Notes under the pieces: generated by a model
What the model was told of the DNA's origin: nothing
Seen by the model: only the letters and a program-made list of their open reading frames with translations
The model's database searches: none
In this document: positions 29,606 to 40,500 of the stretch, in pieces
How positions within the stretch are numbered: position 1 is the stretch's first letter
Layout: each line of letters starts with the position of its first letter
From: an uncultured Gemmatimonadales bacterium
Lineage (GTDB): Bacteria > Gemmatimonadota > Gemmatimonadetes > Gemmatimonadales > GWC2-71-9
Assembly (NCBI GenBank): GCA_963779755.1
Contig: CAVZZO010000001.1
Location: 1,472,001-1,536,000, forward strand
DNA: 64,000 nt
Reading direction: 5' to 3'
Program-made: the position numbers and the translations under genes

Positions 29606-30520
29606 TCAGGAGCCCGGTGTGGCATCCCCCGTATCGACCAGCCGGAGGAAGCGCAGGGTTTCCGCCGTGAATCGCTCCGGTTCCTGCAGGTTGATGGCAT
29701 GGCCGCCGCCGGGAATGACGACCATGCGGGAGCCGGTGATCCCATAGTGGAGTCCCGCGGCCACAACCTGCAGGTAGGGAATTTCCTCGTCGCCGATGAG
29801 TACCAGGGTCGGCGTGTGCACCTTGCGGAGCTCGTCGGCGCGTGCCGGCGGGGCCAGATTGGACGGGGGAGCGGGGTCCAGGAACTCGGTTCCCCGGTAG
29901 CTTCGCAGCAGCGCCTGGAGGTGCGCCTCGATGGGGGCCGGCGCCGGCTGCCCGTGGAACATCACCCGGTGGACCCATTCCGAGATGGCGGCGCGGAGGG
30001 AATCGAGCCCCTGGGTTCTGGCGATGGCGGCCCACCGGGCGGGCTGCGGGGCATCGGGGCCGTCGCCGGGCGGGTTGAAGCCGACGGGAGGCCCGCATCC
30101 GAGCAGGATGAGACCTTCGACGCTTTCCGGATAGCGGAGCGCAAAGGTCAGGGCTACCAAGGCCCCGGCCGAATGCCCCAGGATGTGGGCCCGGGGGATG
30201 CCGAGACTATCGAGCAGCCCTTTCAGGTCGGCGGCATCGGCCGTGGGGTCGGGTTTGCCGCTCGAGGTACCGAAACCCCGGCGATCGTAGCGCACAACCC
30301 GGTATCGCCGGGCCAGGTCCCCCACCACGTTGTCCCACTCGGTTTGATCGACCGCCCAGCCGTGGATGAGGACGAGCGGCTTCCCCGCGCCCTCGATCTG
30401 GTAGTGAAGGGTGACGCCATTGACCGCTACCTTGCCCGTTCGGGCCTGCGCCGCCAGCGGAACCGTGCTGAGTGATCCGCCGAGGAGCAGGAGGCCGAGC
30501 ACTGCACCAGGGAGTCTCAT
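29606..30520 (-). CDS. Secreted alpha/beta hydrolase
   Basis: LIHGW, YDRRGFG, nucleophile GHSAG, GDEE, GGGH. Confidence 0.9.
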   Translation of the reverse strand: MRLPGAVLGLLLLGGSLSTVPLAAQARTGKVAVNGVTLHYQIEGAGKPLVLIHGWAVDQTEWDNVVGDLARRYRVVRYDRRGFGTSSGKPDPTADAADLKGLLDSLGIPRAHILGHSAGALVALTFALRYPESVEGLILLGCGPPVGFNPPGDGPDAPQPARWAAIARTQGLDSLRAAISEWVHRVMFHGQPAPAPIEAHLQALLRSYRGTEFLDPAPPSNLAPPARADELRKVHTPTLVLIGDEEIPYLQVVAAGLHYGITGSRMVVIPGGGHAINLQEPERFTAETLRFLRLVDTGDATPGS

Positions 30521-30556
30521 CGTGCCTCCTTGTGTGGAACAAAGATCGGCCGGGGC

Positions 30557-33070
30557 TCAGGGGTCCTCCGGCGGTGGCGTATCCCGGGCGCGGCGCACCT
30601 GCTCGGCGAGGCGCCGGAAACGGGGATCCGACTGGATCGGATCCCAGAAGGGATGATCCAGCGTCTTGCGCATGCCGATGATGGGTAGCCGCTGGAGCAT
30701 CGCGATTCCCCGCTGGGAAAGGCCGGCCCCTACCAGCGCCGCCGCCGAGCTGAGCACGACCAGCCGGTTGCGGGATTGCGCAGGCCGATACCGGGTCGAG
30801 AGTTCATCCAGCAGGCGCCGGGCCGCCGCCGTGTCGCCCATTCGCGCGGTGACGAGTACGCGCATCGCCGCGGCATAGACCGCGGCCGCGGTATCGGAAG
30901 CGGGTCGGCGGCCGACCAGCGTGTCGAGGGCGGTGACATCCGCCAGGGCGGCGGGCGCATTACCCCGGCCCAGCTCGGCCGTCATGTGCAGGGCGCGAAT
31001 GGACATGTCATGGCGGCCCAGCGCCATGGCGCTGTCGATGAACTGGAGCGCATCGTTCCAGCGGCGGCGCTGGGAGTACAGGGTGCCGAGGAGCCAGGCG
31101 GTGACGGCCCGGTCGGGCTCCAGCGCGAGGGAATGCCGCAGGGCGGAATCGGCGACATCATCGTGGGCCGGGTTCTCGAACCAGCCTGCCACCGCCTCCG
31201 CCCGGCCGTACTGATACCAGGCTTCGGCGTCATCCGGTTCGAGCTGTACGGTGTGCTGGAGGGCGACGATCGACTGCGCTACGCAGTCCGGCACGCCTGC
31301 CGGACAGGTGGCGCCACCGGCCCCGCCGAGGAGAAGCGGGTCGATGGAGAAGCCGTGAATGCCCACCCCCGCGGGTGTAGGAATGAGCAGGAAGCCGCGC
31401 GCCAGCCAGCCGTCGGCGCCGGCCGAATCGAGGGCAATGGCGCGATTCGCGGCGGCGAGCCCGCGTGCGAGGAGACTGTCCTTGCCCAGGCCGGGATAGG
31501 GCCAGGGCCAGTTGGCGTAAATGCCGTACACCAGCCCCATGCGCCCCCAGGCGGCGGCGAAGCCCGGATCGAGTCGGAGGGCGGCCTGGTACTCGTCCAG
31601 GGCATGACGGCCGTCCGCTTCCGAGGTACGCCGGGCCAGGTAGAAGTTGCCCTTGAGGTAATGGTCGTAGGCCTCCCGATCGTTGGTGGGCCGGGCGGTG
31701 AGCGCGGTGCTCTCGGCCGGGGCCAGACGTCCTACTACCTCGCCGGCCACCGACTGGGCGATCTGGTCTTCGATGGCCATCACGTCGCCGTCGGGACGAT
31801 CGTAGGTGCTGCCCCAGAGATGGCGGCCGCCGCGGGTGGTGACCAGCTCCACCCGCACCCGCAAGCTCCTCCCGGCGCCTTCGACGCTGCCGGTGACCAG
31901 ATTGGCCACTCCCAGGGCACGCCCCACCTCGATGGGATCGGTGTTGGCGCGAAAGCGCTTGACCGCGTTTCCCGACGATACCGTCAGCCGGCCGACCTGG
32001 CCCAGCCGCCGGATGATCTCCTCGGTGATACCGTCGGCGAGGTAGGTCTTGCTCGAGTCGCCCGTGCGGTTATCGAAGTAGAGCACCGCGAGCCCGCCGG
32101 CTCCGCCGTGGCCGAACGGTTTCCGGGCGAGCCACCAGCCGGTGAGCGCCAGCAGGGCGAGGGCCAGGACGCCTCCGCCCAAACGCACGTGGCGGCGGGG
32201 TGCGGGTGAGGGGGCCGGCGCGACCGGTGGCGGAGCGGGAGCGGCGTCGAAGGCGGCGGTGAACTCCCGGGGGGTGGCATAGCGGTCGGCCGGGATCTTG
32301 GCCAGAGCCGTTTCGACGGCGTGCATCACCCCGGCAGGGGTGGTGGGCCGCAGGGTTCGAAGGGGCGGCACCGGGTCGATCGCGTGGCGGGCGAGCACGG
32401 CCTGCGCGCTGGGCCCGGTGAAGGGCGGCTCGCCGCCCAGCATCTCGTAGAGCACGCAGCCCAGTGCGTAGATGTCGCTCCGGCCGTCGATGCGCGGATC
32501 CCCGGATGCCTGTTCGGGGCTCATGTAGGCGGGGGTGCCGATGGCCAGTCCGGTTTCGGTAATGCGTTCGCCCCCGGCCGCATCCACCGCGCGGGCGATG
32601 CCGAAGTCGCTGACCACGGCGTGGCCCGCCGAGAAGAGAATGTTCTCCGGTTTGATGTCGCGGTGGATCACGCCCATGCTGTGGGCGTAGCCGACCGCGT
32701 CGGCCACCTCGCGGATGATCCGGAGCGCCTCGGGGAGCGGGAGCTGATGCTCCCGATCGAGGCGGCCGCGCAGCGACTCCCCCTCCACATAGGGCATGGC
32801 GTAGTAGAGGAACCCGTCGGCGCTCCCGGAGTCGTGCAGAGGGAGGATATTGGGATGGGTGAGGCGCGCCGCGATGGCGATCTCGCGCAGAAACCGCTCG
32901 TTCCCCACGGCCTGCGCCAGCTCGGGGCGCAGGACCTTCAGGGCGACCGGGCGATGGTGCCGGGGATCCTCCGCCAGGAACACCACCGCCATGCCGCCGT
33001 GGCCCAACTCGCGGTCGACGGTGTAGCGGCCGGCCAGAGCGGACCTGATTCGCTCAAGGAGATCGGCCAT
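30557..33070 (-). CDS. Ser/Thr protein kinase with TM, TolB-N-like and TPR domains
   Basis: LGHGGMAVV, VALK, HRDIKPEN, DFG, GTPAYMSPEQ, SDIYALG; LAVLYFDN...YLADGITEEII; TPR-like repeats. Confidence 0.93.
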   Translation of the reverse strand: MADLLERIRSALAGRYTVDRELGHGGMAVVFLAEDPRHHRPVALKVLRPELAQAVGNERFLREIAIAARLTHPNILPLHDSGSADGFLYYAMPYVEGESLRGRLDREHQLPLPEALRIIREVADAVGYAHSMGVIHRDIKPENILFSAGHAVVSDFGIARAVDAAGGERITETGLAIGTPAYMSPEQASGDPRIDGRSDIYALGCVLYEMLGGEPPFTGPSAQAVLARHAIDPVPPLRTLRPTTPAGVMHAVETALAKIPADRYATPREFTAAFDAAPAPPPVAPAPSPAPRRHVRLGGGVLALALLALTGWWLARKPFGHGGAGGLAVLYFDNRTGDSSKTYLADGITEEIIRRLGQVGRLTVSSGNAVKRFRANTDPIEVGRALGVANLVTGSVEGAGRSLRVRVELVTTRGGRHLWGSTYDRPDGDVMAIEDQIAQSVAGEVVGRLAPAESTALTARPTNDREAYDHYLKGNFYLARRTSEADGRHALDEYQAALRLDPGFAAAWGRMGLVYGIYANWPWPYPGLGKDSLLARGLAAANRAIALDSAGADGWLARGFLLIPTPAGVGIHGFSIDPLLLGGAGGATCPAGVPDCVAQSIVALQHTVQLEPDDAEAWYQYGRAEAVAGWFENPAHDDVADSALRHSLALEPDRAVTAWLLGTLYSQRRRWNDALQFIDSAMALGRHDMSIRALHMTAELGRGNAPAALADVTALDTLVGRRPASDTAAAVYAAAMRVLVTARMGDTAAARRLLDELSTRYRPAQSRNRLVVLSSAAALVGAGLSQRGIAMLQRLPIIGMRKTLDHPFWDPIQSDPRFRRLAEQVRRARDTPPPEDP

Positions 33071-33199
33071 CGATGGCAAGATGGGGAAGGAGCCGGAGGG
33101 GCGCCAGAGTCCGCCGGCAAATTCGGCGCCTCTTACCAACTGCGGGTTCACGCGGTAGTCTGGACAGGCAAGCCATCCTCCTTCACCTCCGGAGCCTGC

Positions 33200-33826
33200 A
33201 TGCCCCGATTCCTGATCCGATTTCTGCTGCTCGCAGCCCTGTGCGGCTTCCTCGCTCGTCCCGTCCGGGCCCAGGAACTGGTCCTCTCCGGCGCCGCCGG
33301 CGTCTACCTGTCTCCCATGGGGAAATGGGAATTCACATCACCCGGTGGCGTGTCGCAGAGCTTTACGAACCGGGTCGCGGTGGCCTGGGGAGGTTCGGTC
33401 GGCTATCAATCGGCGGGACGGCTTGGAATCGAGGCGGCATACCGCTATGCCCCGAGCCGGACGAAATTTCACGCCGATCTTGGCGTGGGGGGCATCGGGC
33501 AGACCTTCAAGACCCACCAGACCATGACGGCCATTCGGGCAATGTACCGCCTGGCGGGAGGGGTCGGGGCAAACAGGCTCACGCTCTTCGCGGGAGCCGC
33601 CAGCATCTCCCGCGGAGGGGACCCCCTGCTGGTCGGTCGCACGAGCATCGGGGCCACGCTGGGAGCAACGCTCCAGCTGGGCCAGGGGCCGGTCGCGTTC
33701 CGGATGGACGCGGAGAACTATCTCTTCAACGTGAACTGGAGCGGACTGGCCAGACGATTCCAGAACGACCTGGTGCTTTCCGGCGGCATGGCGGTGAGGA
33801 TCGGCCTCGGCAGGTCACATTCCTGA
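33200..33826 (+). CDS. Probable outer-membrane beta-barrel protein
   Basis: Signal peptide ending VRA-Q; alternating amphipathic strands; FQNDLVLSGGMAVRI terminal strand. Confidence 0.6.
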   Translation: MPRFLIRFLLLAALCGFLARPVRAQELVLSGAAGVYLSPMGKWEFTSPGGVSQSFTNRVAVAWGGSVGYQSAGRLGIEAAYRYAPSRTKFHADLGVGGIGQTFKTHQTMTAIRAMYRLAGGVGANRLTLFAGAASISRGGDPLLVGRTSIGATLGATLQLGQGPVAFRMDAENYLFNVNWSGLARRFQNDLVLSGGMAVRIGLGRSHS

Positions 33827-33937
33827 AAGGGGCCGTTTTCCCCTGTCGCCCTCCGGCCGGTTGCCCCGCCGGGCGGTGGCCGGACAGATTGTCCTATCTG
33901 CCTGGTTCAACCCCTCATCCGCGTCCGGAGAGCAACC

Positions 33938-35953
33938 GTGAGGACCCACCCTCGTTTGAGCGCCGTTCCCGCCCTCGCCCTCGTCCTCCTCCTCCCGGTT
34001 CAACTCGCCGCCCAGAGCCTGCCCGCACCGTCGGCCGATCCCGCCGCCACGGCGCAAGAGGGCCGACCCATCCCCGGCCCGGTGTTCGAGACCGCGGGAT
34101 TCACCCGGGCGGTGAAGCGGGGAACCCGGACACGCACGGGCACCCCGGGGCCGGGCTACTGGGTGCAGCACGCCCGCTATATGATTGACGCCAAGCTGGA
34201 CGTGAAACGCGACCGGCTCGAGGGAAGGGAGCGGGTGATCTATCTCAACAACTCGCCCGATACGCTCCGGCGGGTGGCGGTCTATCTGCGGCAGAACATG
34301 TTCGCGCCGGGAAATCCGCGGCGGGACCCGGTGCCTGTCACCGGCGGGGTCAGGCTGGCGCGAGTGGTGGCGGACGGGCAGGACCTGCGGCCGGCTGCGC
34401 CACGCCAGCGGGGTATGAGGCCCGACTCCTCCGCCGCCTACCGGGTGGACGGCACTATCATGTGGATCCGTCTCCCTCATCCGTTGCTCCCCGGCGACAG
34501 CGCGGCGTTCGAGTTTGTCTGGTCCTTCACTCCGCCGCCGGCGCCGTCCGACGGCCGCGAGGGGCACGAGGACGGGGTCTACTTCCTGGGCTACTGGTAT
34601 CCCCAGCTGGCGGTGTATGACGACGTCAACGGCTGGGTGACCGATCCCTACCTGGGCGCCGAGTTCTACATGGATCCGGCGGATTACGACGTACGGCTGA
34701 CCGTGCCGCGGGGCTGGGTGGTGGGCGCCACAGGAGTCCTGCAGGACTCGGCCAGCGTGCTCTCCCGGCAGACCATGCAGCGGCTGGCGCAGACGCGGCG
34801 GAGCCGGGAGGTGGTGCACGTGATCATGCCGTCGGAGGTGGGGTCCAGCGCCGCGTTGGCCGGCGGCAGGCCGGTGTGGCACTTCATCGCCCGCAACGTG
34901 CGGGATTTTTCCTGGGGTACCAGCGACCGCTACGCCTGGGACGCGACCATTGCGCTGGTGCGCGACTCCGCCCGGGGCACGACGGATACCGTGGCTATCA
35001 ACAGTTTCTTCCGGCTGACGCCGGAGGCGGCCGCGTGGGCGGCAGGCGGCGCCCGCTTCACCCGCGACGCCATCGAACAACTGTCATCCTACCTGTGGCC
35101 CTATCCCTGGCCGCAGATGACGTCGATGGAGGGAGTGCTCACCAGCGGCGGGATGGAATATCCCATGATGACCGTCATGCAGCCCTGGGCGGACACGCTG
35201 TCACTGGCGGGCGACCTGATGCACGAGACCGGCCATATGTGGTTCCCCATGCAGGTGGGGTCGAACGAGACGCGGCATCCCTGGATGGACGAGGGGCTCA
35301 CCCAGTTCGATGTGGCGCAGGCGATGCGGCCGCTCTACGGCGAGCCGCGGGAAGGCGGCCGGCCCAACGACTCGGAGCAGGGGCAGCGCCTGCTCTACCT
35401 TCAGGCGGCCCGGCGGGGGCAGGACGCGCCGCTCATGCAATGGGGAGATCTTTTTCCTCAGGATCTCTACTTCATTGATTTCTACGACAAGACTGCGCAG
35501 GTCCTGGTGGCGCTGCGAACGGTCGTAGGGGAGGACACGTTCCACCGCGCGCTCCGGGAATACGGCCGGCGCTGGACGGGACGGCATCCCGATGCGCTGG
35601 ACTTCTTCAATACCTTCGACCACGTGGCCGGGCGGGATCTCTCCTGGTTCTGGCAGAGCTGGTTCTACCGCGCGTGGCCGCTGAACCAGGCGCTCGCTTC
35701 GGTCCGCGACGACGGCGATTCGGTGGCGATCACGGTGGTCGACCGCGGCCTGGTGCCCATGCCGGTTCCCCTCACCATCAGCCGGGAAGACGGCGAGGCC
35801 CAGCGGCTGGTGATCCCGGTGGATGTCTGGCTCGGCGGCGCCCGGAAGGCCACCGTCCGGGTGGCTCGCGGTACCGGCGTGGTGCGGGTGGAGATCGATC
35901 CGGAGGCCGGATATCCCGATCTGGATCGGAGCGACCAGGTGTGGAGCCGTTGA
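33938..35953 (+). CDS. Secreted M1-family zinc aminopeptidase
   Basis: GGMEYP, HETGH.W...WMDEG (HExxH-x18-E), FYDK. Confidence 0.92.
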   Translation: MRTHPRLSAVPALALVLLLPVQLAAQSLPAPSADPAATAQEGRPIPGPVFETAGFTRAVKRGTRTRTGTPGPGYWVQHARYMIDAKLDVKRDRLEGRERVIYLNNSPDTLRRVAVYLRQNMFAPGNPRRDPVPVTGGVRLARVVADGQDLRPAAPRQRGMRPDSSAAYRVDGTIMWIRLPHPLLPGDSAAFEFVWSFTPPPAPSDGREGHEDGVYFLGYWYPQLAVYDDVNGWVTDPYLGAEFYMDPADYDVRLTVPRGWVVGATGVLQDSASVLSRQTMQRLAQTRRSREVVHVIMPSEVGSSAALAGGRPVWHFIARNVRDFSWGTSDRYAWDATIALVRDSARGTTDTVAINSFFRLTPEAAAWAAGGARFTRDAIEQLSSYLWPYPWPQMTSMEGVLTSGGMEYPMMTVMQPWADTLSLAGDLMHETGHMWFPMQVGSNETRHPWMDEGLTQFDVAQAMRPLYGEPREGGRPNDSEQGQRLLYLQAARRGQDAPLMQWGDLFPQDLYFIDFYDKTAQVLVALRTVVGEDTFHRALREYGRRWTGRHPDALDFFNTFDHVAGRDLSWFWQSWFYRAWPLNQALASVRDDGDSVAITVVDRGLVPMPVPLTISREDGEAQRLVIPVDVWLGGARKATVRVARGTGVVRVEIDPEAGYPDLDRSDQVWSR

Positions 35954-35956
35954 CGA

Positions 35957-36032
35957 GGGATCAGGAATGAGGAATCAGGAACCAGGGCCTGCACTCGAGG
36001 GTTTCAGTCCCTGTTCCTGATTCCTGATCCCC
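35957..36032. repeat. Second inverted heptamer-repeat element (GGAATCA family) between convergent genes
   Basis: gggatcaggaatgaggaatcaggaaccaggg ... ccctgttcctgattcctgatcccc. Confidence 0.8.
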
Positions 36033-36043
36033 ACTCCGTACCC

Positions 36044-36511
36044 CTATTCCTCCTGCTCCAGCTCTTCCCCGTTCGGCCCGACCTGGACCTCGCGCCGCTC
36101 CGAGCCGTTCTTCACCACGGCCTCCCAGGCCACGAGCTTCCCCCTTTTGGTGAGACTCTCGACCCGCTGGATGGTGCCGCCTTCGGCTTCCTTCTGGAGT
36201 GCTTCGCGGACGGCAGCGGGCAGGGAGTCCAGGCTCACCTGCTCCTCGATCTCCACCACATTGCCGTTGGCGTCCATCAGCAGGTCCTTGCTGTGGCCGT
36301 TGACCGTCATCTCCGCTTCGTAGAAAGTCCGGCCGTTCTCCGTTTCCCGGGCGAACCCCTTGACGGTCGCCCCCTTGCTCTGGGCATCCACCGTCTGCTG
36401 TACCGCCGCCGGAAGCTCGGAACGTTTCACTGCTTTCTCCTGCGCGGACACCCGGGCGGCACCGGCGAGGCAGAGTGCCGTCAGGGCTTCAAGTATGCGC
36501 CGCACCTGCAT
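36044..36511 (-). CDS. Periplasmic PepSY-like repeat protein
   Basis: Signal peptide; two repeats LPAAV.......G..I...E....G...YE. Confidence 0.7.
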   Translation of the reverse strand: MQVRRILEALTALCLAGAARVSAQEKAVKRSELPAAVQQTVDAQSKGATVKGFARETENGRTFYEAEMTVNGHSKDLLMDANGNVVEIEEQVSLDSLPAAVREALQKEAEGGTIQRVESLTKRGKLVAWEAVVKNGSERREVQVGPNGEELEQEE

Positions 36512-36703
36512 TGGGCCCACTCCCGAAAAGTGACGGGGTCGAAGCTAAACGGGCGAGGTGTCTGGATCGTGACGCGGCCGCTGGACCGGGCGCGTCCCCG
36601 GGTTCTAGATTCCGGGGAACCATCGGCTCTGCTGTGCGCCCGGCCCCGGTCCTGGGCGTCTCTCCGGGTATTGATGGCCTCACTTCCAGCCTGAGGTTTT
36701 ACC

Positions 36704-37513
36704 ATGGCCGCCAGCCCGTTACCGCAGGGGCGCTCTCCCGCCAGCGCCGAGATCAACGGCTTCACGCTTGCCGAAGGCGTGCACCCGCAGGGCAGCCGCC
36801 TGCCCTGGCACACGCACGACGGGCCGACCATCTGTTTCGTGCTGCAGGGCGGCTTTGTTGAGGGCTTTCACGGCCGCTCGCTGACCTGCGAGCCGGCCAT
36901 GGTAAAGTTTACTCCGGCGGGGGAGCCCCATTTCAATCGCTTCGACTGGACCGACACCCGCGGTCTCCTGGTCGAGGTCGCGCCGGCGCGGGCCCGGGAA
37001 CTGAGCCCGCGGGCCCCGGTGCTCGATCAGTTGGTCCATTTCCAGGGGGGGCTGGCTGCCGCGCTGGCGCTGCGGGTGCATCGCGAGTTGCGGTCGTCCG
37101 ATTCGTCGGCTGGTCTCGCCATTGAAGGGCTGCTGCTCGAGCTCCTCGCCCAGGCCGGCCGGGGGGAGGGGCCGGAGCGGAGGCGCGATCTCCCCCCCTA
37201 CGTGCTTCACGCGCGCGACCTGCTGCACGAGAGCCTGTCCGACGGCATCAGCCTGAGCCAGCTGGCGGAACGAGTGGAGGCGCACCCCGTGACGCTGACC
37301 CGGGCGTTCCGGCGCGCCTTCGGGTGTTCGGTGGGAGAATACCTGCGGCGCCTCCGGCTGGAGCGCGCCACCCAGCAGCTCACCGCGACCGACCTCCCGC
37401 TGGCCCGGATCGCGGCCGACGCCGGCTTCGCCGACCAGGCCCATTTCTCCAACCTGTTCCGCCGCCGGACCGGCCTCTCGCCCTCCCGTTTCCGGCAGGC
37501 ATTGCGGCAATAG
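36704..37513 (+). CDS. AraC-family transcriptional regulator
   Basis: Cupin HTH..PH N-domain; LTRAFRRAFG, RLERA, IAADAGFADQAHFSNLFRRRTGLSP. Confidence 0.93.
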   Translation: MAASPLPQGRSPASAEINGFTLAEGVHPQGSRLPWHTHDGPTICFVLQGGFVEGFHGRSLTCEPAMVKFTPAGEPHFNRFDWTDTRGLLVEVAPARARELSPRAPVLDQLVHFQGGLAAALALRVHRELRSSDSSAGLAIEGLLLELLAQAGRGEGPERRRDLPPYVLHARDLLHESLSDGISLSQLAERVEAHPVTLTRAFRRAFGCSVGEYLRRLRLERATQQLTATDLPLARIAADAGFADQAHFSNLFRRRTGLSPSRFRQALRQ

Positions 37514-37520
37514 TGCCGGC

Positions 37521-40500
37521 TCAGGGACCGGAGCCGGTACCGGTCCGGCCCGGGAACCCGATTTGTCCCCGTTCGGTTTTGTAGAGGATATCCGCTCCCG
37601 TCGTGCCGCCCCGTTCAGCCTGCAGGGTCCAGTGCCGGGTGATCTGGTACTGGATCCGGACGGTGGACACCGGGCTGAAAAGGCCGATGGCGTAGCTGAC
37701 ATAGAGGTCGGGCGAGAGGTACTTCCCGGCCACGAAGGACGCCTGCTGCAGGTCGCCCGAGGTTTGCACCTTCGCGCTGCTGAGCCCCAGGGCCGAGCCG
37801 ACCGATTTCGCCAGGAAGTTGCCCCCCCGCAGGCCCGCCGCGTTCACCGCCTTGCCCACCAGCGTGCCGTTGGACCCGCCGGCCTCCCCCGGTGCGTGCC
37901 CGGTTACGAGATACGCCAGCGCCCGGTCCTGCGCCATGGCGGGGTTGGAGAAAATATTGACCTGGGGATTCTGCAGGGTGCCGGTGATGCGCAGCCCGGC
38001 GACCGTGCTGTCCGCGGCAGTCCGGGTGGCTTCGATGGCCAGGGTGGGGTTGGTCACCGGACCGCCCGCGAAGCGGACCTGCCCGTTCTGGACGGTAAGG
38101 TCCTGGCCGTACGCCTTGTAGTGGCCCTGCTGGATCACCAGCTCGCCGCTGGCCGTGGGCGTGCGCCCGGGCGATTGCGCCAGCTGGAGCCGTCCACCCA
38201 GTTCGGTCGTGAAGTTGAATCCCTGGAAGGTGACGCTGTCGCCCAGGATGATCTCCAGCCGCGACGCGATACGCCACCCGCTGGAGGGGGGCGGTGCGGA
38301 ATCGCCCACAAACACCACATCGTCGCTGGGGGGCACCGAGGATTCCGGCGTTTCGGTGAGATGCACCGCAACGAGCGGCAGCTTCAGCGTGCCCTGGATG
38401 TTGATGCTGTCGCCGGCCATCGTGGCATTCACGTCGGGCGAGATCAGCGCGTGGACTTCCGGGGTATTGATCGCCTCGAACCCGGTGCCCTGCACGTGCA
38501 GGTGGGCCGGTTCCTCCACCGTGGGATGCAGCGGGCTGGTGCCGGTGATCACGATCTGCCCCGGATCGGACCAGAGACTGGCATGCAGCGAGAGTGCGCC
38601 GCTGCTGTCGGCCTGCGCCGTCAGGTTGAGGTCGTGATACAGGACCCCGAGCAGCGGGAGCCGCGCCGAGACGCTGTCCAGCGAGAGGCTGCCGGACGCG
38701 TGGGGATGCTTCACCGTGCCGTCCGCTCGCAGCGCCAGCCGCGCGGAGCCGTCGAGGCTGTCAACCTGAGCAGTAAACCCGGCCAGGAAGCCCAGTTCCT
38801 GCACTTGCCCGTCCACCCGGGCGGTCAGCGGCTGCTGAGCGACCGGTGGCCCCACCCGGGTGTACTGCGGCAGCCGCAGCGTACCGGTGATGCGGCCGAC
38901 CCGCGCCCCCCCCTCGTCGGCAAAGAGCAGTGTCAGGTTTCCATCCAGCCCGGCGCTGTCCACCCGCACCATCACGCCGGTATCGGCCAGCGCCACGCGC
39001 GCGGTACTGGAGGTGTCCGCCCCTGAAATGGCGAGGCCGCGGGGCACCAGGCGAAAGAACCCGGTGATGCTGCTGTCCGGCGCGACGTCGGCCCGCAGTT
39101 CGCCCTCCATGCCGCCGGTGATGCGGGCGCCCTGGGGAAGCAGCGCGAGCAGATGGTCGACCGCCAGGGTGCTCCGGATCTGAGGCGTGGCGACCGTGCC
39201 GCTGACGGTGGCATGCAGCGCCAGCCGGCCCTGCAGGGTGTCAAATCGGGCGGTCAGCGCCTGCAGGATGGCGAGTTGCCGAAGGTCGGTGTCGAGGCGC
39301 AGGTCCACGGGCTCGGGCCCGAGCGGCGCCCCCAGCCGGCGATACTCCGGCAGGGCGAGCGTCGCCTGCAGAGTGCCGAGCGGCGCATGGTTGATGTCGC
39401 TGAACCCGAGCGCCAGCCGGGCGTGCATGCCGGTATCGGCGGTGGCCCGGAGGGCGCCGCTGTCCACCACCACCTGCCGCTTGATGCCGGCGATGGGGTA
39501 CTCGTAGATCACGCCCCGGGGAACCACCGTCAGGCTGCCGGCCAGTTGCCGCGTGCTGTCGATGCGCCCCGCCAGGGTTGCGTTCACCGTGCCGCGCGCC
39601 ACCCGGTTTTCGCCCAGCCAGGCGGTCATCTTCGTCAACGCGAGCTGGCCCCGGATGTCCGGCGCCCGCACCGTGCCGTCCGCCTGCGCTTCCAGCGAAA
39701 TATCCCCGGTGAGGCTGTCCAGCCGAGAGGTAAAGGCGCGGGTGACCGCCAAGTTCACCATTTCGCCGGTGAGCCGGAGCTGCACCGGCTGGGTCATCAG
39801 TTCCTGATGCAGATTGTGATACTGCGGCAGCGTGAGGCTGGCGGTGAGATGGCCGACCGGGGAGCGGTCGGGTGCCACCAGCGCGAGGCGCAGGGTCGAC
39901 TCCAGGCCTTGGGCGCCGGCATCGAGCGCCAGGGTGGCGGTGTCGAAGACCACCTGCTGCAGCGCCGTATCGGACGGCGAGAGCGGATAAACAAAGGCGG
40001 TGCCCGCCGTATGCAGGGTGCCCCGGGCGCTGAGCCGGCCGCCGCGGGCCGAGGCGGTGAGCTTCCCCGACAGAGTTCCTGTGAAGCCCTGGCGCGTCCC
40101 CAACATGGAATCGGGCAGGACAGAATCGATCAGCGCCATCGGGAAGGAGTCGAGGCTGGTGGTGACCTGCCACTGATCGGCGGAGGCAAAGCGGCCGGCG
40201 GCGCAAAGGTGCGCAGGCGTGCTGTCGCGCGAGACCAGGCAGAGACGGCTCAGGGTGTCCGCCCCGGAGGCGACGGCCAACGCCGCCGGCCGGCTGAGCC
40301 GCCACCGGCCCAGGACTGGATCGTACAGGCGAAGACTGTCCACCGTGCCGCTCCATCCGCCCGGCTCGAGGGCTCCGGCGGCGGCGAGCGTCGCGGTGGT
40401 GCGGGGGCCCAGGGCCCGGAGCCGGACACGATGCGACGTCCGGCTGCCGCGCACCGTAAGGTCTACCGTGTCCAGGTGGACCGGTCCGGCCACCGCATCC

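Noticed and set aside
30557..33070. Kinase-TPR protein as a novel signalling or defence system
   Set aside because: This architecture is a common expanded family in such genomes, and no cognate partner genes are adjacent.
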